From: Mobula hypostoma
Lineage: Eukaryota
Direction: 5' to 3'
NCBI RefSeq assembly: GCF_963921235.1
Contig: NC_086107.1
Location: forward strand, 111,540,001-111,604,000
Length of the DNA stretch: 64,000 bases
Shown here: piece after piece, positions 12,851 to 26,700 of the stretch
Layout of the letters: the number at the start of each line of letters is the position of its first letter
Position numbering within the stretch: the stretch's first letter is position 1
Program-made: the position numbers and the translations under genes
The notes under the pieces: generated by a model
Seen by the model: the letters and a program-made list of their open reading frames with translations, nothing else
The model's database searches: none
What the model was told of the DNA's origin: nothing

Positions 12851-13604
12851 GCATGTCCTGCAAATATCAATCATCCTGACTAGACATCAACAATGAGAGA
12901 AATATGACCGTTGTCATAGTGATATTTAACTTGCAGTGTTAAATCATGTTTTTTTTCCCTTCAGCAGAGTACTTTGTAGGCTCTGTATTGTTAGACACAG
13001 ATGCTGCAGGACAATTGAGACCAGCGTAAGGAAGGAATTATTGAGAAATTATCCCGAGTACACCGAACTGACATGGAACTCCAGCCATTTCTAACCACTA
13101 CCTGGCCCACTCTTCTATCCCCACCAACCACTCCCTTTCTCACGGTGACTTACCTTGTAATTTTGATATTTTTCAGATTAGCTTTATGAAACACACAGTG
13201 AAATGTGTTCTTTGCGTCAATGACCACGCCAGCCGCCACACGGAACACCGACCCTTTCAGATTTCCCTCAACAGCCTTCCCAGAGGATCAAAAGACCACT
13301 TTGCAAGGCACCTGTATTCAGTCCGCAGAGCTGATCCGATCGTTCCAGATGACCGCCACTTGAATTTTCCATCCCATTCCCACACTGAACTCTCTGTAAT
13401 AAACACACGAGATTCTGGCGATGTTGGAAATCCAAAGCAGTAGACACAAAATGCTGGAGGAACTCAGGTCCAGCAACATCTATTTCAGACTGAGACTCTT
13501 CTTTAGGACTGGAAAGGACGGGGGAAAGATGCCAGAGTAAGAAGGTTGGGGGCGGGGGGAGGTAGGGGAAGGAGAAGTAGCTAATGGATGATAGGTGAAG
13601 ACAT

Positions 13605-14010
13605 GCTCCTCCAAGAGGACCACAGGGCCCTTCATGGCATGCCTCAATGACCCGGAGAGCTATGTTGCTGGAGTCAGGGTTTTACGCTTTGGCTCCTGGT
13701 AGGGTCACCCATGCCAAACAGGTCAAAGAGTAGAGACCAGTCTAAGAACAGTCCACTGGCCCCCCAGGTTCAAGGGTTCAGCTCAGGGCTTACAACCCTG
13801 ACTAGTCACACAAAATTGTTACAGAAACAGCAATGAGGAATCCTACATCTGAGTGCGACAGTACACCCGAGCCTCCACCCGGGACTTGCATGACTGACAG
13901 CAGTGAAAACTGAGAGGAAGCTACTGACATGATGAAGGAAGCCGTGAACACCACCAGAGATGGAGGACATTCATTGCTGCCCTAAACGCTAGTGGTGTAG
14001 TGGGTAAAAG
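13605..14010 (+). mobile_element. Bipartite RTE (Rex3/Expander-like) non-autonomous element; copies at 38714-39137 (-, TSD tagcagtt) and ~56835-57130 (+)
   Basis: 5' block cctcaatgacccggagagctatgtt...ggtagggtcacccatgccaaacaggtc resembles the Rex3/Expander 5'UTR, fused to an RTE 3'-end-like agagatggaggacattcattgctgccctaaacgc; three homologous copies in the window. Confidence 0.7.
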
Positions 14011-14705
14011 GCAGAAAGCGAAGACATGGTCAAAGAGTTGGAGGGCAGCAGAGATCACAAAGGAAGAGCAGTAAGAGTGTATATCACTGAATTCCGTCAA
14101 AGAGAAGATTTACATTTCCTCGGGGTTGATTATCTCTCAAAGAGACTTTGCAGTGGAGCAGCAATTCATAAACACATGAGATTCTGCAGACACTGGAAAT
14201 CCAGAGAAGCACACACAAAATGCTGTGCCTCAACATTTATTCTTGGGCCTCAACATTAAATTTCAGATAACCTGTCTTTCCAGTTTGTGTAACACTAAAT
14301 CAGGGTTTCTTCCACAGCTCTTGTTATCTGACCTGCTTTGTGGCTCAACCATTCTCTTGCTCTGATCTACAGTTGCAACATTGTGCATTGTCTCTTTCCT
14401 CTCTCCTCTGTTCTCATCTGCCTAATTTACAAGGTATTAACAAATTATTACCACCTATGTGTTTATCATTATACACACAGCTGTCAGCCTGGTGGCCTCC
14501 CATTTTAATTCTACTTCCCATTCCCATTCCAATATGTTGGTCTATGGCCACAATGAGGCCACTCTCAGGTTAGAGACGTACCTTATATTCTCTCTGAGTA
14601 GCCTCTAGCCTGATGGCATGAATACACTGATTTCTCTCAGATTCTGGTAATTTCTCTCCCTTCCGCTTCTCTCTTTTTTCATTCCCCATTCTGTCTTCCC
14701 TCTTA

Positions 14706-15226
14706 AGTCTGATTTGTACTTCTGTGTCAACGCATTGCCGTAAGTACCGCGTCGCCGCAAACCCTACGCAAAGCCGACGCGGAACCCTATGCGAGAGCCT
14801 GCGTTGCTGCGACGCACACCTCTCCCATAGTGTAACCGCGTATCGCAGCAACGTAGAGCGCAACAGCTGTGATTGGTCCGCTTGGTAGCATCGCATTTCA
14901 TCCTACGCTGCAATAACTGCCCATTGGGTGACCGAAGGGCAGGGAAGGAACTCTGGCTGCAATGCTTTCCATAAAGCTTTACAGACCTCTGAAATTATGG
15001 AGGACACATTTCGCTTTTACAAAAAAAGACGCTTGCATCTTGTTTACCCCGAGAAAGACTACCATGACCATGAAGCCTTGCACGGGCAGGTGTGTGCGCA
15101 TGCATGACGTGCGCGATTTGCAGAGCGACGCAGACACACCAACGCAAAAGTATAAATGCTCTCAACGCGCGTAGGCCACTTGCGTAGGTTACGACATCCA
15201 GTTAACGCAGAAGTATAAATCAGGCT
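14706..15226. mobile_element. PIF/Harbinger-type MITE inserted in a Penelope-like repeat
   Basis: 22-bp TIR agtctgatttgtacttctgtgt / acgcagaagtataaatcaggct (19/22 match); 3-bp TSD TTA at 14703-14705 and 15227-15229. Confidence 0.85.
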
Positions 15227-15894
15227 TTACCCCTTCCCGTCTCCTCACCTGCCTATCGTCTGCCTCTGGTTACCCTGCCTCCCACTTCCTTTCTTCCCTG
15301 GTCTATCCTCTTAAATCCTGGACATAGGCATATAATTAGGCCATCTGGTCCATCATATCTGCTCTACCATTCCATGATGGCTGATTCTTTTTCCCTCTCA
15401 ACCTCAGTCTCCTGTCTTCTCCTCATCACCCGTTGGCTTCCTCCAGCATTTTGTGTGTTGCATTAAACAGTTTTCCCTTTGGTCTTCACACTCTCACAGA
15501 TACGCTCTCCACTTTCTCCACCAAGCTCTCCTTCACTCCATTATTTCATCCTCTAAGTTTTCTTTGAAAGGTTCATCAACCAGAGACATTATTTCTTTTT
15601 CCATGGGTGCGATTTCTGTTTACACACGTAAAGAATTTGCTCAAAGGACTTTTCTTCTTTCAACATGGGAATAGATCCTGAGGAAATGAGTTTGATGTCA
15701 GAAGGAAGTCTAAGCCTGCAATAGAATAGATGGGCCAAGTTAAACTTGGTGCAATCAAATGGCTCTTGGCTCTCTGTACACTCATTACATAGTTTGAAGG
15801 TCAGGTTTCCTCATCTTCGTTCTCGGGCTTAACAATGGCCTGACTCTTCAAAAATTTTAATAATCCTGTGCGGTTAATATTGCTCTACACCTCC

Positions 15895-17137
15895 AGAACT
15901 AAATGTTGATGCCAATTGTCATGAATTGCTTTGAATGGCTGATATTGGCACGTATCAGAAACCTCATTCCTACCACCTTGGATGCTCACCAATATACCTA
16001 GCAACAGAACCACTGTACGACAGATGCTCTGGAATTTGTCATATTACACGGAATACACCTAGAAAATAAGGGGACTTGTCAGAATGTTGTGTCTGGATTT
16101 CAGTTCTGAATTCAACACTATAGTCCCACAGATCGTGGTGAACAATCTCCTACTCCTCGGTCCAAATGGATCGCTCTGCAACTGGGTTTTGGACTTCCTA
16201 ACCAACAGACCTCAGATAGTCAGGATGTGGAACCGTTCCTCCCTCCCCATCATCCTCAATATGGGTGCCCCCAGAGCGATGAGCTGAGTCCTTTGCTGTA
16301 CACTCTGCTCAGACATGACTGCATGACCAAACACCAGAGCAATCACATCGTTAAGTTCGCTGATGGACGCAACAGTGGTGGGGCTCATCACCAACAAAAA
16401 TGAGGCGTCCTATAGAGAGGAGGTGGAAGAGCTCGAGGCCTTGGTGCCAGGCAAATAACCTCTTCTTCAGTGTTATCAAGACTGAGGAGATGATTATCGA
16501 CTTCAGGAGAATTCACACCACCCACACTCCCCGTTACATCGATGGCTCAGCAGTGGAAACTGCAAACAGTTTCAAACTTATAGGAGTGCTCATCACACAC
16601 TCACTCTCATGTCCCAGAACACATCCTACACAGTCAAGAAAGCTCACCAACACCTCTGCTTTCTGAGGAGGAGGAAGAAAACTGGAGAGCTGGAAAAGTA
16701 GTGGATATGGGTAAGGCCCTCCTCACCACTGAACGCATCTACGTAGATCGTGAAAGCAGCATCCATCATCAGGGACCTCCACCACCCAGGCCATGCTCTC
16801 TTCTTATTGCTGCCATCAGGAAGAAGGTACAGGGGCCTCATGACCCAGACCACCAGGTTCAGGAACAATTATTACTGCTCAACCATCAGGCTCTTGAACC
16901 AAAGGGGATAACTTCATTCAACTTCACTCACCCCATCATTGAAATGCTTCCACAACCAATGGGCTCACTTTCAAGGACTCTTCATCTCATGTTCTTGATA
17001 TTTATGTTTATTTATTTATTATTATTATTTCTTTTTTCTTTGCTGTGCTATTTGCACAGTTTGTTGTCTTTTGCACATTAGTAGTTTGTCCGTCCTGTCG
17101 GGTGTGATCTTTCATTGAATCTGTTGTGTTTCATGTG
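15895..17137 (+). mobile_element. Rex1/Babar LINE RT remnant plus 3' tail (tail resumes at 18759 after the Tc1)
   Basis: LDFSSEFNTIVP, LCNWVLDFLTNRPQ.V, GAP, KTEEMIIDFRR motifs with stops and frameshifts. Confidence 0.85.
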
Positions 17138-17470
17138 CAGTGGTATGTAAAAGTTTGGGCACCCCTGGTCAAAGTTTCTGTTACTGTGAATAGTTAAGTG
17201 AGTAGAAGATGAACTGATCTCCAAAAGTCATAAAGTGAAAGATGAAACATTCTTTTCGATATTTTAAGCAAGATTAGTGTATTATTTTTGTTCTGTACAA
17301 TTTTAGAGTGAAAAAAGGAAAGGAGCACCATGCAAAAGTTTGGGCACCCCGAGAGATTTGAGCTCTCAGATAACTTTTACCAAGGTCTCAGACCTTAATT
17401 AGCTTGTTAGGGCTACGGCTTGTTCACAGTCATCGTTAGGAAAGGCCAGGTGATGCAAATTTCAAAGCTT

Positions 17471-17478
17471 TATAAATA
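17471..17478 (+). promoter_or_regulatory. TATA box of the Tc1 transposase promoter
   Basis: tataaata located 46 nt upstream of the transposase ATG. Confidence 0.5.
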
Positions 17479-17516
17479 CCCTGACTCCTCAAACCTTGTC
17501 CCAACAATCAGCAGCC

Positions 17517-18537
17517 ATGGGCTCCTCTAAGCAGCTGCCTAGCACTCTGAAAGTTAAAATAAATGATTCCCACAAAGCAGGAGAAGGCTATAAGAAGATA
17601 GCAAAGCATTTTCAAGTAGCTGGTTCCTCAGTTCGTAATGTAATTAAGAAATGGCAGTTAACAGGAACGGTGGAGGTCAAGTTGAGGTCTAGAAGACCAA
17701 GAAAACTTTCCAAGAGAACTGCTCGTAGGATTGCTAGAAAGGCAAATCAAAACCCCTGTTTGACTGCAAAAGACATTCAGGAAGATTTAGCAGACTCTGG
17801 AGTGGTGGTGCACTGTTCTACTGTGCAGCGACACCTGCACAAATATGACCTTCATGGAAGAGTCATCAGAAGAAAACCTTTCCTGCGTCCTCCCCACAAA
17901 ATTCAGTGTCAGAAGTTTGCAAAGGAACATCTAATCAAGCCTGATGCATTTTGGAAACAAGTCCTGTGGACTGATGAAGTTAAAATAGAACTTTCTGGCC
18001 ATAATGAGCAAAGGTATGTTTGGAGAAAAAAGGATGCAGAATTTCATGAAAAGAACACCTCTCCAACTGTTAAGCATGGGGGTGGATCGATCATGCTTTG
18101 GGCTTGTGTTGCAGCCAGTGACACAGGGAGTATTTCACTGGTAGAGGGAAGAATGAATTCAATTAGATACTAGCAAATTCTGGAAGCAAACATCACACCA
18201 TCTGTAAAAAAGCTGAAGGTGAAAAGAGGATGGCTTCTACAACAGGATAATGATCCTAAACACACCTCAAAATCCACAATGGACTACCTCAAGGTGCAAG
18301 CTGAAGGTTTTGCCATGGCCCTCACAGTCCCCAGACCTAAACATCATCAAAAATCTGTGGATAGACCTCAAAAGAACAGTGCATGCAAGTCAGCCCAAGA
18401 ATCTCACAGAACTAGAAGCCTTTTGCAAGGAAGAATGGGCAAAAATCCCCTAAACAAGAATCGAAAGACTCTTAGCTGGCTACAGAAAGCATTTACAAGC
18501 TGTGATACTTGCCAAAGGGGGTGTTACTAAGTACCGA
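17517..18537 (+). pseudogene. Tc1 DD34E transposase pseudogene
   Basis: ATG 17517; N-terminal HTH region, [33 protein letters not shown](E>K)N, GGVTKY. Stop at 18171, frameshift ~18290, stop at 18451. After repairing the frameshift the D-to-E spacing is 34. Confidence 0.95.
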
Positions 18538-20029
18538 CCACGCAGGGTGCCCAAACTTTTGCTTTGGGCCCTTTTCCCTTTTTGTTATTTTGAAACTGTA
18601 AAAGATGGAAATAAAAAAAGTAATCTTGCTTAAAATATTAAAGAAATGTGTCATCTTTAACTTTATCCCTTTTGGAAATCAGGTCATCTTTTACTCGCTT
18701 AGCTATCCACAGTAACAGAAATTTTGACCAGGAGTGCCCAAACCTTTGCATGCCAGTGTATTTACTGTGTATGCCTGCAAGAAAGTGATTCTTAGGTGAC
18801 TTTGGTAACAACCTTACTTTGAACTTTGTACATCTGTACTCACATCATTTGACATACAGTGTGCGTTGTAGAGAGTGTGCTAACAAGCTGCAACACTGTT
18901 TGGGATGGAAAATGCACTGTGGCAGACAGGCAGGCTCTACAGTGGGTGGTAGTTAATACTGCCCAGCCTACCCATCATCAAGATGTTCAAAATGGCAGCA
19001 GTAAAAACGCAACCAATGGCAACGTCCTGCAGACAGATCACAAAACTACTTCTTTTACTTCTTCTTCTTTCAAATATGATTCTGCGACTGAGCTGCATGC
19101 AATTGTAACCTTTTGATGGGGCGTTTTTGGGCCGATTGAGCGATCTGGCACTTTGCCAGCTCCGAGGGAGTTTGGTGAGGTCTGGAACGGAGGGTGCGGT
19201 CCTGGAGGCCCGGTAACCAGGAGACCGGGCCCGAGCCCATGAACAACTCCATTGCTTCTCTCTGAATGAGGCTTCAAGCAAAGTCGAATTCGATGAGGAC
19301 AGGAGCGGAGAACGGGCAGGTAATCGGTGCCGCCTGCCAGTGTTTGACCGAACTTCCTCTCCCTCTCGCTGGCTGCTGTTGGAGGAAAGTGCAGGAGTCT
19401 TGTGATCCACGTTACCAGAAAATCTATCATGAAAGGTGCCCACCATCCGGGTCATGCCATCTTCTCACAGCTACCATCAGGCAGGAGGTACAGAAGCCTG
19501 AAGACTCACACCACCAGCTTCAAGAACAACTACTGTACTTCCCTTCAACCATTCAGTTTTTGAACCAACCTGTGCAACTGTTCACTACGGTGGTCTTTTT
19601 TTTTGTTCTAAGTGTGTTTCTTTTATTATTTTGTATAATGATGTTTAATTAATGTTCTTCTTGTGAGTGTTGTGTATCTTATTCTATGAGCCAGTGATCC
19701 TGCTGCAAGTATGATTTTCATTACTCATGGATTTGTATGTATAGGGCAATAAACTCAACATTGCCCTTTGATTCAACTGACTAAGCAATTAGAACAAGAT
19801 CCAAACTAGCACAGTGGAGAAATATATGATGATGAATTTGTTCCACAAGCAGCCACCAAAGAGTAGAGGTGTCCACAGGGTGTGAGTCAGGATATCACAC
19901 ATTCTTCAGATCAAAAGATACGTCCACCACAAGTGACCTGAACACAGTGAAGAAGGCTTGTGTCTGTGGAAGCCAGATAACTTATATGAAACACTATTTT
20001 TGAGAGAAAAACCAGAATAGTCCTGTATC

Positions 20030-20536
20030 TGAGTGAAAGTTCCTGGTTGTCTGCTGCTGTATGCTCATCCACTTCAAGGCTTGACGTATTGTACATTCGG
20101 AGATGCTTTTCTGCACACCACTGCTGTAACGTGTGGTTATCTGAGTTTCTGTTGTCTTCCTGTCAGCTTGAACCAGTCTGGCCATTCTCCTCTGACCTCC
20201 CTCATTAACAAAGTGTTTTCACCCACATACCTGCTGCTCACTGGAATTTTTTTTTGCACCGTTCTCTGTAAACTCTAGAGACTGTTGTGGATTAAAACCC
20301 TGGGAGATCAGCAGTTTCTGAGATACTCAAACCACCCTGTCTGGCACCAACAATCATTCTACAGTCAAAGTCACCTAAATCACATTTCTTCCCCATTCTG
20401 ATGTTTGCTCTGAACAACAACTGAACCTCCTGACCATGTCTGCATGCTTTTATGCATTGAGTTGCTGCCACATGATTGGCTGACTCGATATTAGCATTAA
20501 TGAGCAGGTGTAAAGGTGTACCTAATAAAGTGACCA
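20030..20536 (-). mobile_element. Non-autonomous Tc1-like element (transposase N-terminus only); partial copies at ~34250-34490 and ~41660-41745
   Basis: MGKKCDLGDFDCRMIVGARQGGLSISETADL...RMARLVQADRKTTETQITTRY, a paired-like HTH region; end motif gtacctaataaagtg. Confidence 0.8.
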
Positions 20537-20935
20537 TCTTAATGAAAATGAATCACGTTTGCGTGGGTGCAGCACTGCGAACGGATGCACGAAATGAACA
20601 CAGATGGTTGTTGATAAGTTCTGAAATTCCTGATATCTGTTGGGGATCTCTCTTCAAGATATCCAGCTGTGTAATGGTGGCTAACAGAGAGAAAAAATCA
20701 ATGGACATTGTTGCTGTTTAACAATTCACCTCACTGAGCTGAAGTAAGGCATTTTCCTGGCACAGGCATATGGGAAACACATGCTGTGTTGTGGGGAATC
20801 CCAAAATCCAGTCAATCTGCAGTGCTCTCTGCCTCTCATACATTTCTCAATAGGAAATTATATACAATCATTAGTCAACAGATACCTGAGGCAAACCAAA
20901 GATGGATTCAAAGATTCAATGTATGTATGAAATAT

Positions 20936-21141
20936 TGTTGTCGTTCCTCTCCGTGCCTTGTAGCGCATCGAGTGTCAACCTTGCCATTTCTTTAGCGTTT
21001 ATCTATTTTTACGAGGCTGATTCGTTAGCTCAACACTCAACTCAGCACGGATGGAGAGCGTGCAAGGAGCCGGCCAGATTCGAACCGGGGACCATTCTCT
21101 TCGATGCCCAGTGCAGGTACCACTGCACCACCGGGCGGCCC
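20936..21141 (-). mobile_element. tRNA-derived SINE with RTE-like body/tail; second copy 33646-33847 (-) with TSD atccactct(a/t)tct
   Basis: Minus strand gggccgcccggtggtgcagtggt (A box) ... ggttcgaatct (B box), (caa)n tail; two homologous copies. Confidence 0.75.
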
Positions 21142-22369
21142 ATGCATGCAGTATACAACCCTTAAATTCATCTTCCCACAGACAGAAGGAATATGGGCCT
21201 TAGGTGTTATGGTTGCGGGGGTACCACGGTAGCGACGCGGTTAGCGTGATGGTGTTACGGCTCAGACAGTCGGTGTTCAGAGTTTGATTCCAGCATCCTC
21301 CAGAAGGAGTCTCTGTGCGCCCTCCCTGTGTGTTTTCTCCGGGTGCTCTGGCTTCCTCCCACAGCCCAAAGACATACTGGGTAGGTTAATTGGTCAGTGT
21401 AAATTGTCCCATGATTAGGATAGGGTTAAATCGGGGTTGTCAGGGGTTGCTGGGCAGTGCTGCCCAAAGAGCCAGGAGGGGCTCTAAATGCTGCTGCATT
21501 TCTAAATAAACAAATAGATAATGGTTAATAAATCCCGGGGACTGGATGAGGCCTATCGCAAGTTGCCATGGGAATCAGAGGAGGAGATAGGTGGGGCTCT
21601 GACACCTATCTCCTCCTTGAAGGCGAAATGTTTAAGGGGAACATGAGGAGGAGCTTCTTCACTGGGAAATTGGAACAACCTGTCAGTGAAAGTGGTGGAT
21701 GCAGTCTCAATTGCAAAAGTTAAGAGAAATTTGGATAAGTACATGGATGGGGATGTGTATTGAGGGCTATGGCTCTAGTGCAGGTCGATGGGACTAGGCA
21801 GAATAATAGTTCACCATGGACTAAATGGGCTGAAGGGCCTGTGTTGGTGCTGTACTTTCAAGGATCCAAAATATCAATGCATGTGCAAAGAAGGCAAGAC
21901 TGTGGCAATGTTTCATTAGGAGTTTGAGGAGATTTGGTCTGTCACCAAAGACACTCGCAAATTTCTACAGATGTATAATGGAGAGCATTCTAACTGGCTG
22001 CATCATCGTCTGGTATGGGGAGGAGGGTCCCCTGCACAGGATCGAAATAAGCTGCAGAGAGTTGTCAGCTTAGTCAGCTCCATCATGGACACCAGTCTCC
22101 GTAGTACCCCGGACGTCCTCAAGGAGCAATGACTCGAAAAGGCAGCGTCCATCAGTAAGGACCCCCCCCATCACCCAGGTCATGCCTTGTTCTCATTGCT
22201 ACCATCTGGAAGGAGGTACAGGAGCCTGAAGGCACACACTCAACGATTCAGGAACAGTTTCTTCCCCTCTGCCATCCGATTTCTAAATAGACATTGAACT
22301 CATGAACACTACCTCACTACTTTGTTATTTCTAATTTTGCACTATTTATTTAATTTAATTTAACTATTT

Positions 22370-22421
<52 letters not shown>

Positions 22422-22430
22422 ATATATATA

Positions 22431-22467
<37 letters not shown>

Positions 22468-22468
22468 C
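22370..22468. repeat. (CA)n/(TA)n compound microsatellite; further (CA)n at 35630-35722 and 60912-60958, (TAGA)n at 55468-55494
   Basis: Directly visible. Confidence 0.95.
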
Positions 22469-23719
22469 TTACTGTACAGAGCTTCTTTTCCTCTATTATT
22501 ATGTATTGCTTTGTACCGCTGCTGCAAAGACAACAAATTTCACAACATATACCGGTGATATTAAACCTCGTTCTGATTCCAATTCTTATTATTGTTTGGT
22601 TTTTTTTGTATTTGCACAGTTCGACTTCTCTTGCACATTGGTTGTTTGTCTGTCTTTGACTGTGTGTAGATTTTCATTGGTTCTATTGTACTTCATTGTT
22701 CTACTGTACATGCCCTCAGGAAAATGAATGTCAGGGTAATGGATGGTGACAGATGTGCACTTTGCTAATACAATTACTTTCAACTTCAAACTTCGAAGTG
22801 TTTGACGACTCCTTGACAGAGATTATTATATCTTCATTAGCTTTAGGTGAGGTGCCAGAGGAATATTGGAAAACTAACATCATTACTTTATTTAAGAAGG
22901 GCAGCCAGGATAAGGCAGGTAGCAACGCGTCAGTGAGATTTATATCTGTGGTTAAGAATTTATTGGAGGAAACACTAAGGACAGAATTTACATTTTGACA
23001 ATGAAGGGCTGTCAGTGATCATCAGCTTTGCTCTGTGTGGTAAGGGAAATTCCTGGCTCGCTAATTTTACTGAGATTTTTGAGGAAGTAACTAAAACTAT
23101 TGAATCAGGATGATAGATGTTGTCTTTGTGGACTTTGGCAAGGCATCTGACAGGTGCCACATGGCTGGTCCAAAGGTTAAGGTACAATGTATTCAAAATT
23201 GGGCTGGTGATGGGAGGCAGAGGGTAATGGTGGAGGGATGGTTTGTTGATTGGGACACTGTGACCAGTGGAGTACCACATAGATCAGTTCAGGAATCCTC
23301 AAGGTGCTGGAGATCTTAAAGGGCTGGATTCATTGAAGCAGTGAAGCCCCTGAAGTGTTGGAGGCCTTGAAGAGCAGAAGGCTTTGAAGTACTTAGATAA
23401 CTGTTCACAATACTCCCAAGCGCAGACTGACCATGCCTTAATAAAGCCTTAGATTTACATCCTTGCTGCTACATTCTAGTCCTCTTGAAATGAATGCTAA
23501 CATCGCATTTGTCTTCCTTACCACCAACTCAACCTGCAAGTTAACCTTTAGGGAATCCTGCAGGAGGACTCCCAAATCCCTTTGCACCTCGGATTTAAGC
23601 ATATGATGTACTTACCTTCATTTTCTTTGAGTATAAACGTCGGGATGTTCTGTTGTAATTTTATCAAACTCTGGTTAGACAGGACTGCGTGCAGTTCCGG
23701 TCATCACATCATAACAAGA

Positions 23720-26700
23720 GTTTAAACTAGTTTGGCAGGAGGATGGCAACCAGAGTGACGTGGCTGAGGATGGGGCAGTTGGTACCAGATGCGATGTGTA
23801 GTGAGACTGTGAGGAAGAATAGGCAGATGATAGGGCAAAATTGCAGTCGGGGGGATGAGTTTAAATGTAGCAGTGGGGCAAACCTCAAAAAGTGGATGAA
23901 TACAGGACTGAAGGTGTTATATTTGAATGCACACAGTATACAGAATAAGGTAGATGATCATGTAGCACAGTCAGAGATTGGCAGGTATGACGCTGTGGGC
24001 ATCTCTGAGTTGTGGCTGAAAGAAGATCATAGTTGGGAGCTTAACATCCAAGGGTACACATGGAATCGAAAGGACAGGCAGATAGGCGGAAGGAATGGAG
24101 TGGCTCGGTTGGTGAAAAAATGAAATCAAATCCTTAGAAAGAGGTGACATAGGATCAGAAGATGTAGAATCCTTGTGCATAGAGTTATGAAACTGCAAGG
24201 GTAAAAAGACCCAGATGGGAGTTACATACAAGCCTCCGAACAGTAGCCAAGATGACGGCTACAAATTACAATGGAGATAGAAAATGCACGTCAAAAGGGC
24301 AACCTTATGATAGTTGTGGGGGATATCAATATGCAGGTAGATTGGGAACATTAGGTTGGTGCTGAATCCCAAGAGAGAGAATGTGTAGAATGCCTGTGAG
24401 ATGGCTTTTTACAGCAGCTTGTGGTTGAGCCCAGCAGGAGAAAGGCGATTCTGGATTGGGTGCTCCGCAATGAACTAGATTTGATTAGGGAGCTTAAGGC
24501 TTAGGAACCCTTAGAAGGCAGTGACCATAATATGATAGATTTCACCCTCCAGCTTGAGAGGGAGCGGCAAAAGTCAGATGTATCAGTATTACAGTGGGTA
24601 AAGGGAATTATAGACATGTGAGAGAGGAGCTGGCCAAAGTTGCTTGGAGGGGAACTCAAGAAGAGATCATGGCAGAACAACAGTGGCTGGAGTTTCGAGG
24701 GAAAGTTGGAAGGAACAATAGACAATAGACAATAAGTGCGGGAGTAGGCCATTTGGCCCTTCGAGCCAGCACCACCATTCACTGTGATCATAGCTGATCA
24801 TCCACAACCAGTATCCAGTTCCTGCCTTATCCCCATAACCTTTGATTCCGCTATCTTTAAGAGCTCTATCCATCTCTTTCTTGAAAGCATCCAGAGACTT
24901 GGCCTCCACAGCCTTTTGGGGCAGAGCATTCCATATATCCACCACTCTCTGGGTGAAAAAGTTTTTCCTCAACTCCATTCTAAATGGCCTACCCCTTATT
25001 CTTAAACTGTGGCCTCTGGTTCTGGACTCACCCATCAGCGGGAACATGCTTCCTGCCTCCAGCGTGTCCAATCCCTTAATAATCTTACATGTTTCAATAA
25101 AATCCCCTCTCAGCCTTCTAAATTCCAGAGTACACAAGCCCAGTCACTCCAATCTTTCAACATATGACAGTCCCGCCATCCCGGGAATTAACCTTGTGAA
25201 CCTACGCTGCACTCCCTCAATAGCAAGAATGTCCTTCCTCAAATTTGGAGACCAAAACTGCACACAGTACTCCAGGTGTGGTCTCACCAGGGCCCTGTAC
25301 AGCTGCAGAAGGACCTCTGCTCTTATACTCAGTTCCCCTTGTTATGAAGGCCAGCATGCCATTAGATTTCTTCACTGCCTGCTGTACTTGCATGCTTGCT
25401 TTCAGTGACTGATGTACAAGAACACCTAGATCTCGTTGTACTTCCCCTTTTCCTAACTTGACTCCATTTAGATAATAATCTGCCTTCCTATTCTTACCAC
25501 CAAAGTGGATAACCTCACATTTATCCACATTAAACTGCATCTGCCATGCATCTGCCCACTCACCCAGCCTGTCCAAGTCACCCTGCATTCTCATAACATC
25601 CTCCTCACATTTCACATTTCCACCCAGCTTTGTGTCATCGGCAAATTTGCTCATGTTACTTTTAATTCCCTCATCTAAATCATTAATATATATTGTTATA
25701 AGATAGACAAATCCAAAGAAGAAAAAGTATTTTAAAGACAGGATGACACAACCGTGACTGACAAGGGAAGTCAAAAACAACATAAAAGCCAAAGAGGGAG
25801 TATATAATACAGCAACGAATAGTGGGAAGTTGGAGGACTCGGAAGCTTTTAAAAACCAACAGAAGGCAACTAAAAAGCCATAAAGAGGGAAAAGATGAAG
25901 GTAAGCTAGCCAACAATATCAAAGAGGATTGTTTTTCAGTTATATAAAGTGCAAAAGAGAGGTGAGAGTGGATATCGAACTGCTGGGAAAAATGCTAGAG
26001 AGGTAGTAATGGGGGACAAGGAAATGGTGGACAAATAAAATAATTATTTTGCATCTGTCTTCACTGGAAAATACTAACAGTATGCATGAAATTCAAAAGT
26101 GTCAGGGAGCAGAAGTGAGTTCAATTGCTATTACTAGGGAGAAGGTGCTTGGGAAGCTGAAAGATCTGAAGATAAACAAATCACCTGAACCAAATGGTTT
26201 ACACCACAGGGTTCCAAAAGAGGTAGCTGAAGGAATTGTGGAGGCATTGGAAATGATCTTTCAAGAATCAATGGATTCTCACTTTGTTCCAGGGGACTGG
26301 AAAATATCAAATGTCACTCCACTCTTTAAGAAGGGAGGGAGGCAGAAGAATGGAAATCATAGGCCAATTAATCTGACCTCAGTGGTTAGGAAGATGTTGG
26401 AATCGATTGTTAAGGGTGAAGTCTGGGGGTACTTGATGGAAAAGTTAAAATTGGCCAAAGTCAGTAAGGTTTCCTTAAGGGAAAATCTTGCATGATGAAT
26501 TTGTAGAAATCCTTTGAGGAAATAACAAGCGGGATAGATACAGGAGAATCAGTGGATGTTGTGTACTTGGATTTTCAAAAGGCCTTTGACAAGATGCTTA
26601 GCAAGATAAGAGCCCATGGTATTACAGGAAAGTTATTAACATGGATAAAGCATTGGCTGATTGGCAGGAATAAATGGAGCCTTTTCTGGTTGGATGTCAC

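Larger units (their letters stand above)
17138..18758 (+). mobile_element. Full-length Tc1-like transposon, IR/DR type (~1.62 kb)
   Basis: Ends cagtgg...ccagtg flanked by TG/TA; ~210-bp imperfect TIRs each with two direct repeats aaaagtttgggcaccc (outer, plus inner at ~17331-17349 and 18545-18562); interrupts a Rex1 tail. Confidence 0.95.

Noticed and set aside
15460..15880. Protein-like minus-strand text (MEKEIMSLVDEPFKENLEDEIME)
   Set aside because: Short, interrupted by stops, no consistent splice pair and no recognised family.
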